A DNA stretch of 39,245 nucleotides from Burkholderiales bacterium (GCA_031413095.1 JANOEG010000082.1:1-39245); one strand, 5' to 3'; positions 18,493-26,900 are shown, counted from the first letter of the stretch. Notes: generated from the sequence alone by a model not told the origin. A program made the numbers and translations.

Positions 18493-19686
18493 TCAGTCGG
18501 CCAGACAGTTCTCGACGCGCCAGCCATACAGCCATTCCATCGCATCGTAGAACCGCTGCGGTGAGCGGCCGCGCCACAGATCATTGCGCACCAGGCGCTC
18601 GACGCCCTGGGCATGGAAGATACGCCCCATCTCGCGCGCCGACAGCACGACACGCGCCGTGCGTGCGACCCGCGAGCGCTGGTAGTGAGCGAAAGCCTTG
18701 TCGAAATTCCTGTCGTGGACGCGCAGCGCCTCGCCGAGCGTCACCGCGTCTTCCATCGCCATGCAGGCGCCTTGCGCCAGGTATTGCAGCGTCGGGTGGG
18801 CGGCGTCGCCGAGCAGCGTGACGCGGCCGAAGTTCCACTGCGCGATCGGCTCGCGGTCGGCGGTGGCCCAACGCTTCCAGTCCTTGGGCAGCTCGATCAG
18901 TTGGCGAGCGCGTGGGCAGATGCCGTCGAAGTAGCCGAGCACCTCCTCGCGGCTGCCTTCGCGCACGCTCCACTCCTCTTTGTTCCGGCTGTGGAAGGTG
19001 ACGACGACGTTGTACTGCTCACCGCCGCGCAGCGGGTAGTGCACGAGGTGGCAGTTGGGGCCGACCCAGATGGCCGCTGCGTTCCATTGCAGATCGGCGG
19101 GGAAGTCCTTCTTCTCGACGACGGCGCGATAGACCACGTGGCCCGAGACGCGTGCCGTGTCGCCGACGAATTGCGCGCGCACCGCCGACTTGACGCCGTC
19201 GGCGCCGATCAGCGCGGCGCCGCGGTGACGCTGGCCCTTGGCGTCGATCACCGTCACGCCGTTCGCGTCCTGCTCGACCGAGGCAACGGTCGTGGATGTG
19301 GCCACCTCGACGTGGCCCGAGGCCTCCGCGCCTTCGAGCAGCGACTTGTGGACGTCGGCGCGGTGGATCACCGCATAGGGGTTGCCGAAGCGCGCGCGAA
19401 AGGCCTCGCCGGTCGGGATGCGGCCGACCAGCGATTCGTCGGTGGCGTCGTGCATCACCATCTCATCGGTGTACACAGCGCGTCCGCGGGCGCGCTCGCC
19501 GATGCCCAAGGCGTCGAAGGCGGCGAAGCCGTTGGGGCCGAGCTGGATGCCGGCGCCGATCTCACCCAACTGCGGCGCCTGCTCCAGCACCTTGACGTCG
19601 AAGCCTTGGCGCACCAGCGCCAGCGCCGCGGCGACGCCGCCGATGCCGCCGCCGGCCACCAGGATCGGTTGGGTCGAACTGTTCAT
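18493..19686 (-). CDS. FAD-dependent 3-hydroxybenzoate 6-hydroxylase / salicylate hydroxylase family monooxygenase
   Basis: ORF 18493..19713, start at ATG 19686 (MNSSTQPILVAGGGIGGVAAALALVRQG). GD and DAAH-type motifs (LLGDAAHPTLQYLAQGACMAMEDA). First gene of the gentisate operon. Confidence 0.85.
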   Translation of the reverse strand: MNSSTQPILVAGGGIGGVAAALALVRQGFDVKVLEQAPQLGEIGAGIQLGPNGFAAFDALGIGERARGRAVYTDEMVMHDATDESLVGRIPTGEAFRARFGNPYAVIHRADVHKSLLEGAEASGHVEVATSTTVASVEQDANGVTVIDAKGQRHRGAALIGADGVKSAVRAQFVGDTARVSGHVVYRAVVEKKDFPADLQWNAAAIWVGPNCHLVHYPLRGGEQYNVVVTFHSRNKEEWSVREGSREEVLGYFDGICPRARQLIELPKDWKRWATADREPIAQWNFGRVTLLGDAAHPTLQYLAQGACMAMEDAVTLGEALRVHDRNFDKAFAHYQRSRVARTARVVLSAREMGRIFHAQGVERLVRNDLWRGRSPQRFYDAMEWLYGWRVENCLAD

Positions 19687-19715
19687 GGATTGCGCCGCCT
19701 CAAGGTGAATCAATA

Positions 19716-19744
19716 ATCAGCATACTGATGATCAGTATAGTGAT
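19716..19744. promoter_or_regulatory. Candidate MarR operator: perfect 17-bp palindrome within two tandem ATCAG-N4-(C/G)TGAT half-palindromes
   Basis: ATACTGAT-G-ATCAGTAT at 19722-19738 is a perfect inverted repeat. It is embedded in ATCAGCATACTGATG / ATCAGTATAGTGATA (12 of 15 identical, tandem) in the 90-bp divergent spacer between the hydroxylase and marR. Confidence 0.5.
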
Positions 19745-19776
19745 AGAGTGGCGCATCGAACTAAGTGGTAACCCGG

Positions 19777-20262
19777 ATGAAGCGCTCCTCTGCTGTCTCT
19801 TCCCTGGCACTCGACACGCTGCCGGGCCACTACATCCGCCGCCTGCAACAGATTGCGGTGGCGGTCTTCCTGCAGGAAACCGAGCCGCAGGGCATCACCC
19901 CGGTGCAGTTCGCCGCGCTGCAGTCGGTGGCCAACCAGCCAGGGCTCGACCAGCGCACGTTGGCGGCGACGATCGGCTTCGACACCTCGACGATCGCCAG
20001 CGTCATCGACCGGCTCGAAGCGCGCGGCCTGCTGGTGCGCAACATCGCGCCCGAAGACAAGCGTGTGCGCCTGCTGACGCTGACGCGCGATGGCGACAAG
20101 CTGCTCGCCGCCGTCGGGCCCGGCGTGCTGCGTGCGCAGGAGCGCATGCTCGCGCCGTTGCCGAAGTCGGAGCGGGCGCAGTTCATGCGCATGCTGCGCA
20201 CGCTGGTCGATGCCAACAACTCGCACAGCCGCGCACCGGGCAACGTTGCTGAGTTGGACTGA
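19777..20262 (+). CDS. MarR family transcriptional regulator
   Basis: ORF 19765..20262, ATG 19777 preferred (MKRSSAVSS...). The winged-helix core ITPVQFAALQSVANQPGLDQRTLAATIGFDTSTIASVIDRLEARGLLVRNIAPEDKRVRLLTLT is canonical MarR. Confidence 0.9.
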   Translation: MKRSSAVSSLALDTLPGHYIRRLQQIAVAVFLQETEPQGITPVQFAALQSVANQPGLDQRTLAATIGFDTSTIASVIDRLEARGLLVRNIAPEDKRVRLLTLTRDGDKLLAAVGPGVLRAQERMLAPLPKSERAQFMRMLRTLVDANNSHSRAPGNVAELD

Positions 20263-20275
20263 GGCGGACTGAGGC
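20256..20275 (+). repeat. Perfect 10-bp tandem duplication (GGACTGAGGC x2) spanning the marR stop codon
   Basis: Read directly: ttGGACTGAGGCGGACTGAGGCccgc. The first copy contains the marR TGA (20260-20262). Confidence 0.9.
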
Positions 20276-20311
20276 CCGCTCGCTGCGCTGCGTGCGGCGC
20301 ACAATGCCGCG

Positions 20312-21301
20312 ATGGGCAAGCTCCGACTCTCCATCGCCATGGGCGATTACGACCGCACGCGCGGATTGCTCGATGGCCGTGTGCAGATCGACGGCGTTGA
20401 GCCGCTGTGCATGACGCTGTCGCCAGAAGAGACTTTTTTTCGCGCCTTTCGCGGCGTTGAGTTCGACATCAGCGAGCTCTCGTTTTCCAGCTATCTGGTC
20501 AAGGCCTCGCGCGGCGAGTCACCGTATGTCGCGCTGCCGGTGTTCCTGTCGCGGGCGTTTCGCCACACGTCGATCTACGTGCGCAAGGACCGCATCGGCA
20601 AGCCAGAAGATTTGAAAGGGCGGCGTGTCGGCGTGCCCGAGTACCAGCTCACGGCCAACGTCTGGGCTCGTGCGCTGTTGCAGGACGACTTCGGCGTGCG
20701 GCCCGAAGACATCACATGGGTGCGCGGCGGCATCGACACGCCGGGGCGGCCCGAGAAGATCGGCTTGCAACTGCCGCCCGGCGTTCGGCTGGAGAACGCG
20801 CCCGAAGGGCAGACCATTTCAGCGCTGCTCGATCGCGGGGATATCGACGGCTTCATCGCGCCACGCCCGCCCGGCGGCTCTGCGGCGACCAACCCGCAAG
20901 TGGCCTGGCTGTTCGACGACCCGACAGCCGCGGCGAAGGACTACTTCCGCCGCACCGGCATCTTTCCGATCATGCATGTCGTCGGCGTGCGCAAGGAACT
21001 CGCGGCCGAACATCCGTGGTTGCCCGGTGCGGTGTGCAAGGCCTTCGGGCAGGCCAAGGCGCTGGCGCTCGCGCAACTGGCCGATACCTCGGCGACGAAG
21101 GTCACGCTGCCGTTCGTCGAGGAGCAGTTGAAGGCGGCGCGAGAAACACTCGGCACGGACTTCTGGTCTTACGGCGTGGCGGCCAACCGGCGTACCTTGG
21201 AGGCCTTCGTGCGCCACCACCACGCGCAAGGGCTGTCAGCGCGCGCGATGTCGGTGGAAGAACTCTTCCACCCCAACACCTACGAGAGCTACAGCGTCTG
21301 A
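20312..21301 (+). CDS. 4,5-dihydroxyphthalate decarboxylase-like protein (PhtD/Pht5 family, periplasmic-binding-protein-like fold)
   Basis: 329 aa. The N-terminus MGKLRLSIAMGDYDRTRGLLDGRVQIDGVEPLCMTLSPEETFFRAFRGVEFDISELSFSSYLV closely follows the conserved N-terminal pattern of this family as I remember it. Confidence 0.8.
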   Translation: MGKLRLSIAMGDYDRTRGLLDGRVQIDGVEPLCMTLSPEETFFRAFRGVEFDISELSFSSYLVKASRGESPYVALPVFLSRAFRHTSIYVRKDRIGKPEDLKGRRVGVPEYQLTANVWARALLQDDFGVRPEDITWVRGGIDTPGRPEKIGLQLPPGVRLENAPEGQTISALLDRGDIDGFIAPRPPGGSAATNPQVAWLFDDPTAAAKDYFRRTGIFPIMHVVGVRKELAAEHPWLPGAVCKAFGQAKALALAQLADTSATKVTLPFVEEQLKAARETLGTDFWSYGVAANRRTLEAFVRHHHAQGLSARAMSVEELFHPNTYESYSV

Positions 21302-21322
21302 GCGACGCTGTCGCCCTGATCG

Positions 21323-22306
21323 TCACTCGCCGGTGATGCCGTGCTGCTTGATGAACGCCGCCCAGGTCTGCTGCTCGTCCTTCAGCGACGCGGCGAACTG
21401 ATCGGGCGTGTCGAACACAGGCAGCAGAGCTTGTTGTTCGAGCCGCTGCGCAGTGGCCGGCAGGCGCATCGCGCGTGCCACTTCGTCGGCGATGCGTTTG
21501 ACCAAGGCAGGTGGCACCTTGGCCGGCACCAAAACCGAAAATGAGGTGAAGGCCTTGTAGTTCGGCACGCCGGCTTCGGCGAAGCTCGGCACGTTGGGCA
21601 GCAGGGCGCTCTTGTCGGTGATGGCCAGCGCCAGCAGCTTGCCGGCGTCGATGTGCTGGCGCACGCTGGCCAGATCGGTCAGCATGAATTGCAAGCGGCC
21701 GCCCAAGAGATCGGTGTACGCCGGGCCGACACCCTTGTACGGCACATGGCTGAACTTCGCACCGCTGGCCTGCTCGAGCATGCGCACGCCGATGTAAAGC
21801 GGGCTGCCCGTGCCGGCCGTGCCGTAGAACAGCTTTTCGGGCTCGCGCTTGCCGCGCTCGATCAACTCGGCTAGCGTCTTCACCTTGGCGTCCGGATTGG
21901 CCACGATCACCATCGGCGCGATCACGCCGCGTGTCACTGGTGCGAAGTCGCGCCAGACGTCGTACTGCAGCGTCTTGTACAGGGCGGGATTGATGCCCAG
22001 CGACGAGTTCGAGGCCACCAGCAGCGTGTAGCCGTCGGGTTGGGCCTGAGCTGCGGCGGCCGCGCCGATGGCGCCGCTGGCGCCCGGCTTGTTGTCGACA
22101 GCGAAGGTCTGCTTCAACTGCTCGGTCAGCGTCTGCGCCAGGATGCGGCCGTAGGCGTCGGTGCCGCCGCCGGGCGAGGACGGCACGATCACGGTCACGG
22201 TCTTGGCGGGCCAGTCGGCCTGCGCCATCGCCGCGCCGCTGAGCACCAGCGCCAGGGTAGGGGCCAGGATCGCCAGCGCGCCGCGGCGCGTGAGGGGGTA
22301 CAACAT
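21323..22306 (-). CDS. Bug family (TctC-like) tripartite tricarboxylate transporter substrate-binding protein
   Basis: 327 aa. Signal peptide, then the hallmark ...WPAKTVTVIVPSSPGGGTDAYGRILAQ... and ...HVPYKGVGPAYTDLLGGRLQFM.... Confidence 0.92.
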   Translation of the reverse strand: MLYPLTRRGALAILAPTLALVLSGAAMAQADWPAKTVTVIVPSSPGGGTDAYGRILAQTLTEQLKQTFAVDNKPGASGAIGAAAAAQAQPDGYTLLVASNSSLGINPALYKTLQYDVWRDFAPVTRGVIAPMVIVANPDAKVKTLAELIERGKREPEKLFYGTAGTGSPLYIGVRMLEQASGAKFSHVPYKGVGPAYTDLLGGRLQFMLTDLASVRQHIDAGKLLALAITDKSALLPNVPSFAEAGVPNYKAFTSFSVLVPAKVPPALVKRIADEVARAMRLPATAQRLEQQALLPVFDTPDQFAASLKDEQQTWAAFIKQHGITGE

Positions 22307-22382
22307 GCAGAACTCCTGTGGCTATTGGAGTGCAGGGTAGTCGCGCATGACGGGCTGCTTCAAGCGGAGATACGCTGAGAGC

Positions 22383-23108
22383 ATGGACTCGCTCGCGCCC
22401 AGCACGCAACTCGTCGCCGACCTCGTTGATGCCAACCGCATCCTTGCCGACCAAGGCATCGTCGATGCCTTCGGCCACGTCAGCGTGCGCCACGACGGCC
22501 GTGCAGATCGTTTCCTGTTGGCACGCAACATGGCGCCCGGCCTGGTCACCGAAGCCGACATCCTCGAGTACGAGGTCGCCACCGGGGAGGCGGTGAGCGC
22601 CGAGCCGCCGCGCCTTTACCTCGAACGCTGGATTCACAGCGAGATCTACAAGGCGCGGCCTGACGTGATGGCCGTGGTGCACAACCACTCGCCGGCCGTG
22701 CTGCCCTTTGCCATTGCGCGCGGCGCGCGATTGCAGCCGGTGTGTCACATGAGCGGCTTCCTCGGCAGCGGCACGCCGCTGTTCGAGATCCGTGACCACG
22801 CGGGTGATTCGAGCGACCTGTTGATCCGCAACCGTCCGCTCGGCGCAGCGCTGGCGCAATGCCTCGGCGGTGCGCGCGTGGTGCTGATGCGCGGCCACGG
22901 CTGCACCGTGGTCGCAGAGTCGGTGCGTGTGGCGGTGTACCGATCGATCTACACCGAACTCAACGCAAGGTTGCAGTTGCAGGCATCGGTGTTGGGCGAG
23001 GTGCAGGCGCTGACCCCTGGCGAGGCCGACGCCACGCAGGCCACCAACGAAGGCCAGGTCGAGCGGCCGTGGACCCTCTGGCGCGCGCGCGCCCGCGCCG
23101 CGTCCTGA
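22383..23108 (+). CDS. Class II aldolase/adducin family protein
   Basis: ORF 22347..23108, ATG 22383 preferred (MDSLAPSTQLVADLVDANRILADQGIVDAFGHVSVR). Metal-ligand region AVVHNHSP and later MRGHGCTVV. Confidence 0.88.
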   Translation: MDSLAPSTQLVADLVDANRILADQGIVDAFGHVSVRHDGRADRFLLARNMAPGLVTEADILEYEVATGEAVSAEPPRLYLERWIHSEIYKARPDVMAVVHNHSPAVLPFAIARGARLQPVCHMSGFLGSGTPLFEIRDHAGDSSDLLIRNRPLGAALAQCLGGARVVLMRGHGCTVVAESVRVAVYRSIYTELNARLQLQASVLGEVQALTPGEADATQATNEGQVERPWTLWRARARAAS

Positions 23109-23225
23109 CGGCCCACGCCAACGCGGCGTGAGTTGTGCACGCATCGAGGCGCTCGTTCGGGCGCTCCGTCAAGTTCAGACGCGCTGTGCCGAAATGTGTC
23201 GGAAGCCTTCGACACACCGACACCC

Positions 23226-24512
23226 GTGACCGCCGCTCCCACCATCGCCACGGCCGACCTCCAGGTCGGCATGTTCGTCCACCTCGATCTCGGGTGGATG
23301 TCGCATCCGTTCGCGCTGTCGAGCTTTCGCATCGCCGATGCAGGGCAGATCGCGACGATTCGTTCGCTGGGCCTGGCTCGGGTGCGCTGGAGCCCGGAAC
23401 AGAGCGATCCGGACCCGGCGCCGTCGCGGCACTCCTTGAAAAACGGGGACCCGCGTGAACCGAACTCGCGGGAAACCAAGATCGATGCGCCGCCCGCATC
23501 TGCGGGCAACACCGCGGCTGCACAGCGCCGTGCCGCCAGCCTGGTCGAGCGGCAGTACGCTGAAGCCACGCGCGACTGGCGCGCGACCGCCGATCTGACG
23601 GTGCGCGACCCTTCTGCGGCTGGGCAACGCATGGCCGCGCTGTCGCGTGCGCTGGTGACGAAGATGCTCAGCGCGCGCGAGTTGTCGATCCGTGCGGTCA
23701 CGGCCGCCCCCAACGAAGGCACGAGGCACGCCACCAATGTCGGCGTGCTGGCGCTGTTGATGGGGCGCCTATGCGGCTTGTCGGAGACCGAACTGCATGA
23801 CCTCGGCGTCGGCGCGCTCTCGCACGACATCGGCAAGACCGAGCTGCCGGCTGCATTGCACCAGGCAGACCCCCACCTCACCGCGGCCGAGATGACGCGC
23901 TACCGCGACCATGTGACGCTCGGCGTGGCGCTGGGCGAGCGCATGAGCCTGTCGCCCGGGGCGATGCAAGTCATCGGCCAGCACCACGAGCACCTCGACG
24001 ACAGCGGCTATCCGCAAGGCATCGGCGGCCAGCGCATCAGCGTGCCGGCGCGCATGGTGGCGCTGGTCAACCGCTACGACAACTTGTGCCATGGCTCGCC
24101 GCGCACGCTGGCCATGACGCCGCACGAAGCGCTGTCGCTGCTGTTCTCGCAGGGCCAGCGCCAGTACGACCCGGCGCTGCTCAATGCCTTCGTGCGCATG
24201 ATGGGGGTGTACCCGCCGGGTTCTGTGGTGCAGCTCACCGATGACCGCTACGCGGTGGTCGAAAGCGTCTGCGCCTCCCGCCCGCTGCGGCCGAAGGTGC
24301 AGGTGCACGAGCCGCAAGCCGTGCTTGACGAGGCACCGCTGATCGATCTGGCGCAACAGCGCACGCTGGGCATCCGGCGCGCTTTGCCCGCGGAGCAACT
24401 GCCTTCGGCCGTGCGCGAACAACTGATGCCGCCGCGCCGCGCGGCGTGGTTTTTCGAAGCGATCGAAGACGAAGATGCGGCGTCACCGCCGCCGCTCACG
24501 ACACGGCATTGA
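23226..24512 (+). CDS. HD-GYP domain cyclic-di-GMP phosphodiesterase with N-terminal DUF3391
   Basis: ORF 23133..24512. The start is uncertain: GTG 23226 gives the typical DUF3391 N-terminus (...ADLQVGMFVHLDLGWMSHPF). HD motif is SHDIGKTELP and the GYP motif is HHEHLDDSGYPQG. Confidence 0.88.
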   Translation: MTAAPTIATADLQVGMFVHLDLGWMSHPFALSSFRIADAGQIATIRSLGLARVRWSPEQSDPDPAPSRHSLKNGDPREPNSRETKIDAPPASAGNTAAAQRRAASLVERQYAEATRDWRATADLTVRDPSAAGQRMAALSRALVTKMLSARELSIRAVTAAPNEGTRHATNVGVLALLMGRLCGLSETELHDLGVGALSHDIGKTELPAALHQADPHLTAAEMTRYRDHVTLGVALGERMSLSPGAMQVIGQHHEHLDDSGYPQGIGGQRISVPARMVALVNRYDNLCHGSPRTLAMTPHEALSLLFSQGQRQYDPALLNAFVRMMGVYPPGSVVQLTDDRYAVVESVCASRPLRPKVQVHEPQAVLDEAPLIDLAQQRTLGIRRALPAEQLPSAVREQLMPPRRAAWFFEAIEDEDAASPPPLTTRH

Positions 24513-24635
24513 GGCGACGCAACGCCGGTACCCAGCCGGTTGCGCGGTGGCATGCACTGTGTCTACAGTCAGAATTCAGACGGCCTTCGGCGTCACTGAC
24601 CGGGATGAAACTGCCCCCATGCTCACTCGTTCGCA

Positions 24636-24677
24636 GCCCCCCGAGGGGGCGCGTCAGTGCCTTCGGGCGGCCGGGCG
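24636..24677 (+). repeat. GC-rich hairpin repeat, copy 2 (upstream of cfa-family gene)
   Basis: GCCCCCC-GA-GGGGGC, then CCTTCGGGCGGCCGGGCG. Confidence 0.3.
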
Positions 24678-24685
24678 TCACTGAC

Positions 24686-25930
24686 ATGAACCCGCTCGCT
24701 GCCGCCCTTGAAAACCGGATCAACTCGCGCGCGCCCTCGATGGCCGTGCGCCTGCCCGGAGGTCGTTGGCTGGGTGCGGCCAATGCGCGCGTGCGTCTGG
24801 CGATGAAAGGCTGGGCGCCGTTTGCGCACCTGCTCACGGGGCAGATCGGCCGCTTGGCGGAAGACCATGTGCAAGGCCGCGTCGACCTCAGCGGCTCGAT
24901 GCGTGACATCGTCGAGGCCGCGGCGGCACTGATCGACTCCGATCCGACGCAAGCCGGTGCAAGCGGACGGTTCTCTGCTTTGCGCTCTCGAATGCAATCA
25001 CGGTGGCGTCACACGCCCACCGCCGACGCACGGCAAGTGCAATTTCACTACGACGTTTCCGACGCTTTCTACGCGCTCTGGCTCGACCCGCGCCGCGTTT
25101 ACTCCTGCGCCTACTGGCCGGCCGGCGTGCACAGCCTCGCCGCCGCGCAGGAGGCCAAACTGGATCTGGTCTGCCGCAAGCTGATGCTGCGCCCGGGCGA
25201 GCGCTTGCTCGATGTCGGCGCCGGCTGGGGCGCGCTGCTGCTGTGGGCGGTAGAGCGCTACGGCGTGCAGGCCACCGGCATCACGCTGTCGAAGCACCAG
25301 CACGCGTTTGTGAGCCGCCTGATTGGCGAACGCGGCCTCGCCGGTCGCGTGCACATCGAGCTGCTCGACTACCGCGCGTTGCCCGAAGACCAGCCGTTCG
25401 ACAAGATCGCCTCGATCGGCATGTTCGAGCATGTCGGCCGGGCCCGCCTGGGCACGTACTTCGCCAAACTGCGCCGCTTGCTCGCGCCTGGCGGCCTCTT
25501 GATGAACCACGGCATCACCGCCGCAGGCACCGGCAATCACGAGCTCGGGGCGGGCATCGGTGATTTTGTCGAGCGACACATCTTCCCTGGCGGCGAACTG
25601 CTGCACGTGGCGCCGGTGCTGGAGGCCATGACCGATGCCGGCTGGGAGATGCTCGACGTCGAGAACCTGCGCCCGCACTATGCGAGGACGCTGTGGGCCT
25701 GGTCCGACGCCCTCGACGCGCGACTCGATGACGCGCGCACGCTCACCGCCGACGCCACCTTGCGCGCCTGGCGTCTGTACCTGGCCGGCAGCGCGATGGC
25801 CTTCGAGCGCGGCTGGCTGTCGCTGCACCAGGTGCTTGCGGCGCGGCCCAGCGGGCGTGTCGAAGACGGGCCGATGCGCGGGGCACAATCGGCCTATCCT
25901 TTCAGCCGCGGCCATATCTACCACCACTGA
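24686..25930 (+). CDS. Cyclopropane-fatty-acyl-phospholipid synthase family SAM-dependent methyltransferase
   Basis: ORF 24446..25930, ATG 24686 preferred (MNPLAAALENRI...), 414 aa. QFHYDVSDAFYALWLDPRRVYSCAYW plus the SAM motif LLDVGAGWGALLLWAVERYG are typical of the Cfa/mycolic acid MTase family. Confidence 0.88.
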   Translation: MNPLAAALENRINSRAPSMAVRLPGGRWLGAANARVRLAMKGWAPFAHLLTGQIGRLAEDHVQGRVDLSGSMRDIVEAAAALIDSDPTQAGASGRFSALRSRMQSRWRHTPTADARQVQFHYDVSDAFYALWLDPRRVYSCAYWPAGVHSLAAAQEAKLDLVCRKLMLRPGERLLDVGAGWGALLLWAVERYGVQATGITLSKHQHAFVSRLIGERGLAGRVHIELLDYRALPEDQPFDKIASIGMFEHVGRARLGTYFAKLRRLLAPGGLLMNHGITAAGTGNHELGAGIGDFVERHIFPGGELLHVAPVLEAMTDAGWEMLDVENLRPHYARTLWAWSDALDARLDDARTLTADATLRAWRLYLAGSAMAFERGWLSLHQVLAARPSGRVEDGPMRGAQSAYPFSRGHIYHH

Positions 25931-25935
25931 ACCCC

Positions 25936-26241
25936 ATGCTCTACAAGTTCAAGTCCAAAGCCGCCGGCGACGTCATCATGCTGGCCGCCAACGGCGACCA
26001 AGTGATGCGGCTGGTCGGCCGTGAGCCCGCTGCCAAGGGCATCTTCGAAGTGGCCCACATGCCGCAACTGATCTCGGCCCTCGAACAAGCCGTGGCTGTT
26101 GAAGAAGCCGCGCGCAAGCAAGACAGCGACGAGCCGCCCGCCAAAGGCGACGGCGTTTCGTTGCGCCAGCGCGTCTGGCCGCTGGTGGAAATGCTGCGCC
26201 GCTGTCTCACGGCGCGCGAAGTGATCACCTGGGGAACTTGA
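25936..26241 (+). CDS. DUF1840 domain-containing protein
   Basis: 101 aa. MLYKFKSKAAGDVIMLAANGDQVMRLVG... matches the characteristic DUF1840 N-terminus. 5 bp after the cfa-family stop. Confidence 0.75.
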   Translation: MLYKFKSKAAGDVIMLAANGDQVMRLVGREPAAKGIFEVAHMPQLISALEQAVAVEEAARKQDSDEPPAKGDGVSLRQRVWPLVEMLRRCLTAREVITWGT

Positions 26242-26245
26242 AGCA

Positions 26246-26875
26246 ATGAAACTGTGGAGCGACTCCTGGACCAACGGCGACCGCATCGCTGCCAAGTACG
26301 CGGCAGGGCGCCTCGATGAAAAAGGCAGCGTCGGTTTTTCCGACAACACCAACCCGCACCTGGCGTGGAGCGATCTGCCACCTGGCACGAAGTCACTGGC
26401 TCTGATCTGCCATGACTTCGACGTGCCGTCCAAAGGCGACGACGTCAACAAATCCGACCGCGAGATCCCGAGCGATCTGCCGCGGGTCGATTTTTTCCAC
26501 TGGCTGCTGATCGACCTGCCGCTCGCGGTGACGCAGATTGGCGAAGGCGAGTTCTGCCGCGGCTTCACACCGCACGGCAAGCCGGGGCCGGCGGCGGCGC
26601 ATGGCGCGCGCCAGGGCTTGAACGACTACACGGGCTGGTTTGCCGGTGACGCTGAACGCGCAGGCAACTACTTCGGCTACGACGGCCCGTTCCCGCCGTT
26701 CAACGACTCGCTGGTCCACCACTACGTGTTCACGCTTTACGCGCTCGACGTGGCGCGGCTGCCGGTGGAGGGCCACTTCAACGGCGCCCAGGTCCGCGAC
26801 GCGCTGGCCGGTCACGTCCTCGACGCGGCGACGTACTCTGGCACCTACACGCTGAACAAGCGCCTTGCCCGTTGA
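26246..26875 (+). CDS. YbhB/YbcL family Raf-kinase-inhibitor-like (PEBP) protein
   Basis: 209 aa. PHLAWSDLPPGTKSLALICHDFDVP and ...GYDGPFPP...HHYVFTLYALD are the PEBP signature regions. Confidence 0.88.
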   Translation: MKLWSDSWTNGDRIAAKYAAGRLDEKGSVGFSDNTNPHLAWSDLPPGTKSLALICHDFDVPSKGDDVNKSDREIPSDLPRVDFFHWLLIDLPLAVTQIGEGEFCRGFTPHGKPGPAAAHGARQGLNDYTGWFAGDAERAGNYFGYDGPFPPFNDSLVHHYVFTLYALDVARLPVEGHFNGAQVRDALAGHVLDAATYSGTYTLNKRLAR

Positions 26876-26900
26876 ACGACACGTCGAAGCGAGTCGTGCG

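Noticed and set aside
24605-24685. Upstream ATG 24605 as the true start of the cfa-family gene
   Set aside because: It would add a 27-aa Pro/Arg/Gly-rich extension (MKLPPCSLVRSPPRGRVSAFGRPGVTD) that runs through the GC-rich hairpin repeat and resembles translated non-coding DNA. The family-like sequence begins at MNPLAAAL (24686).
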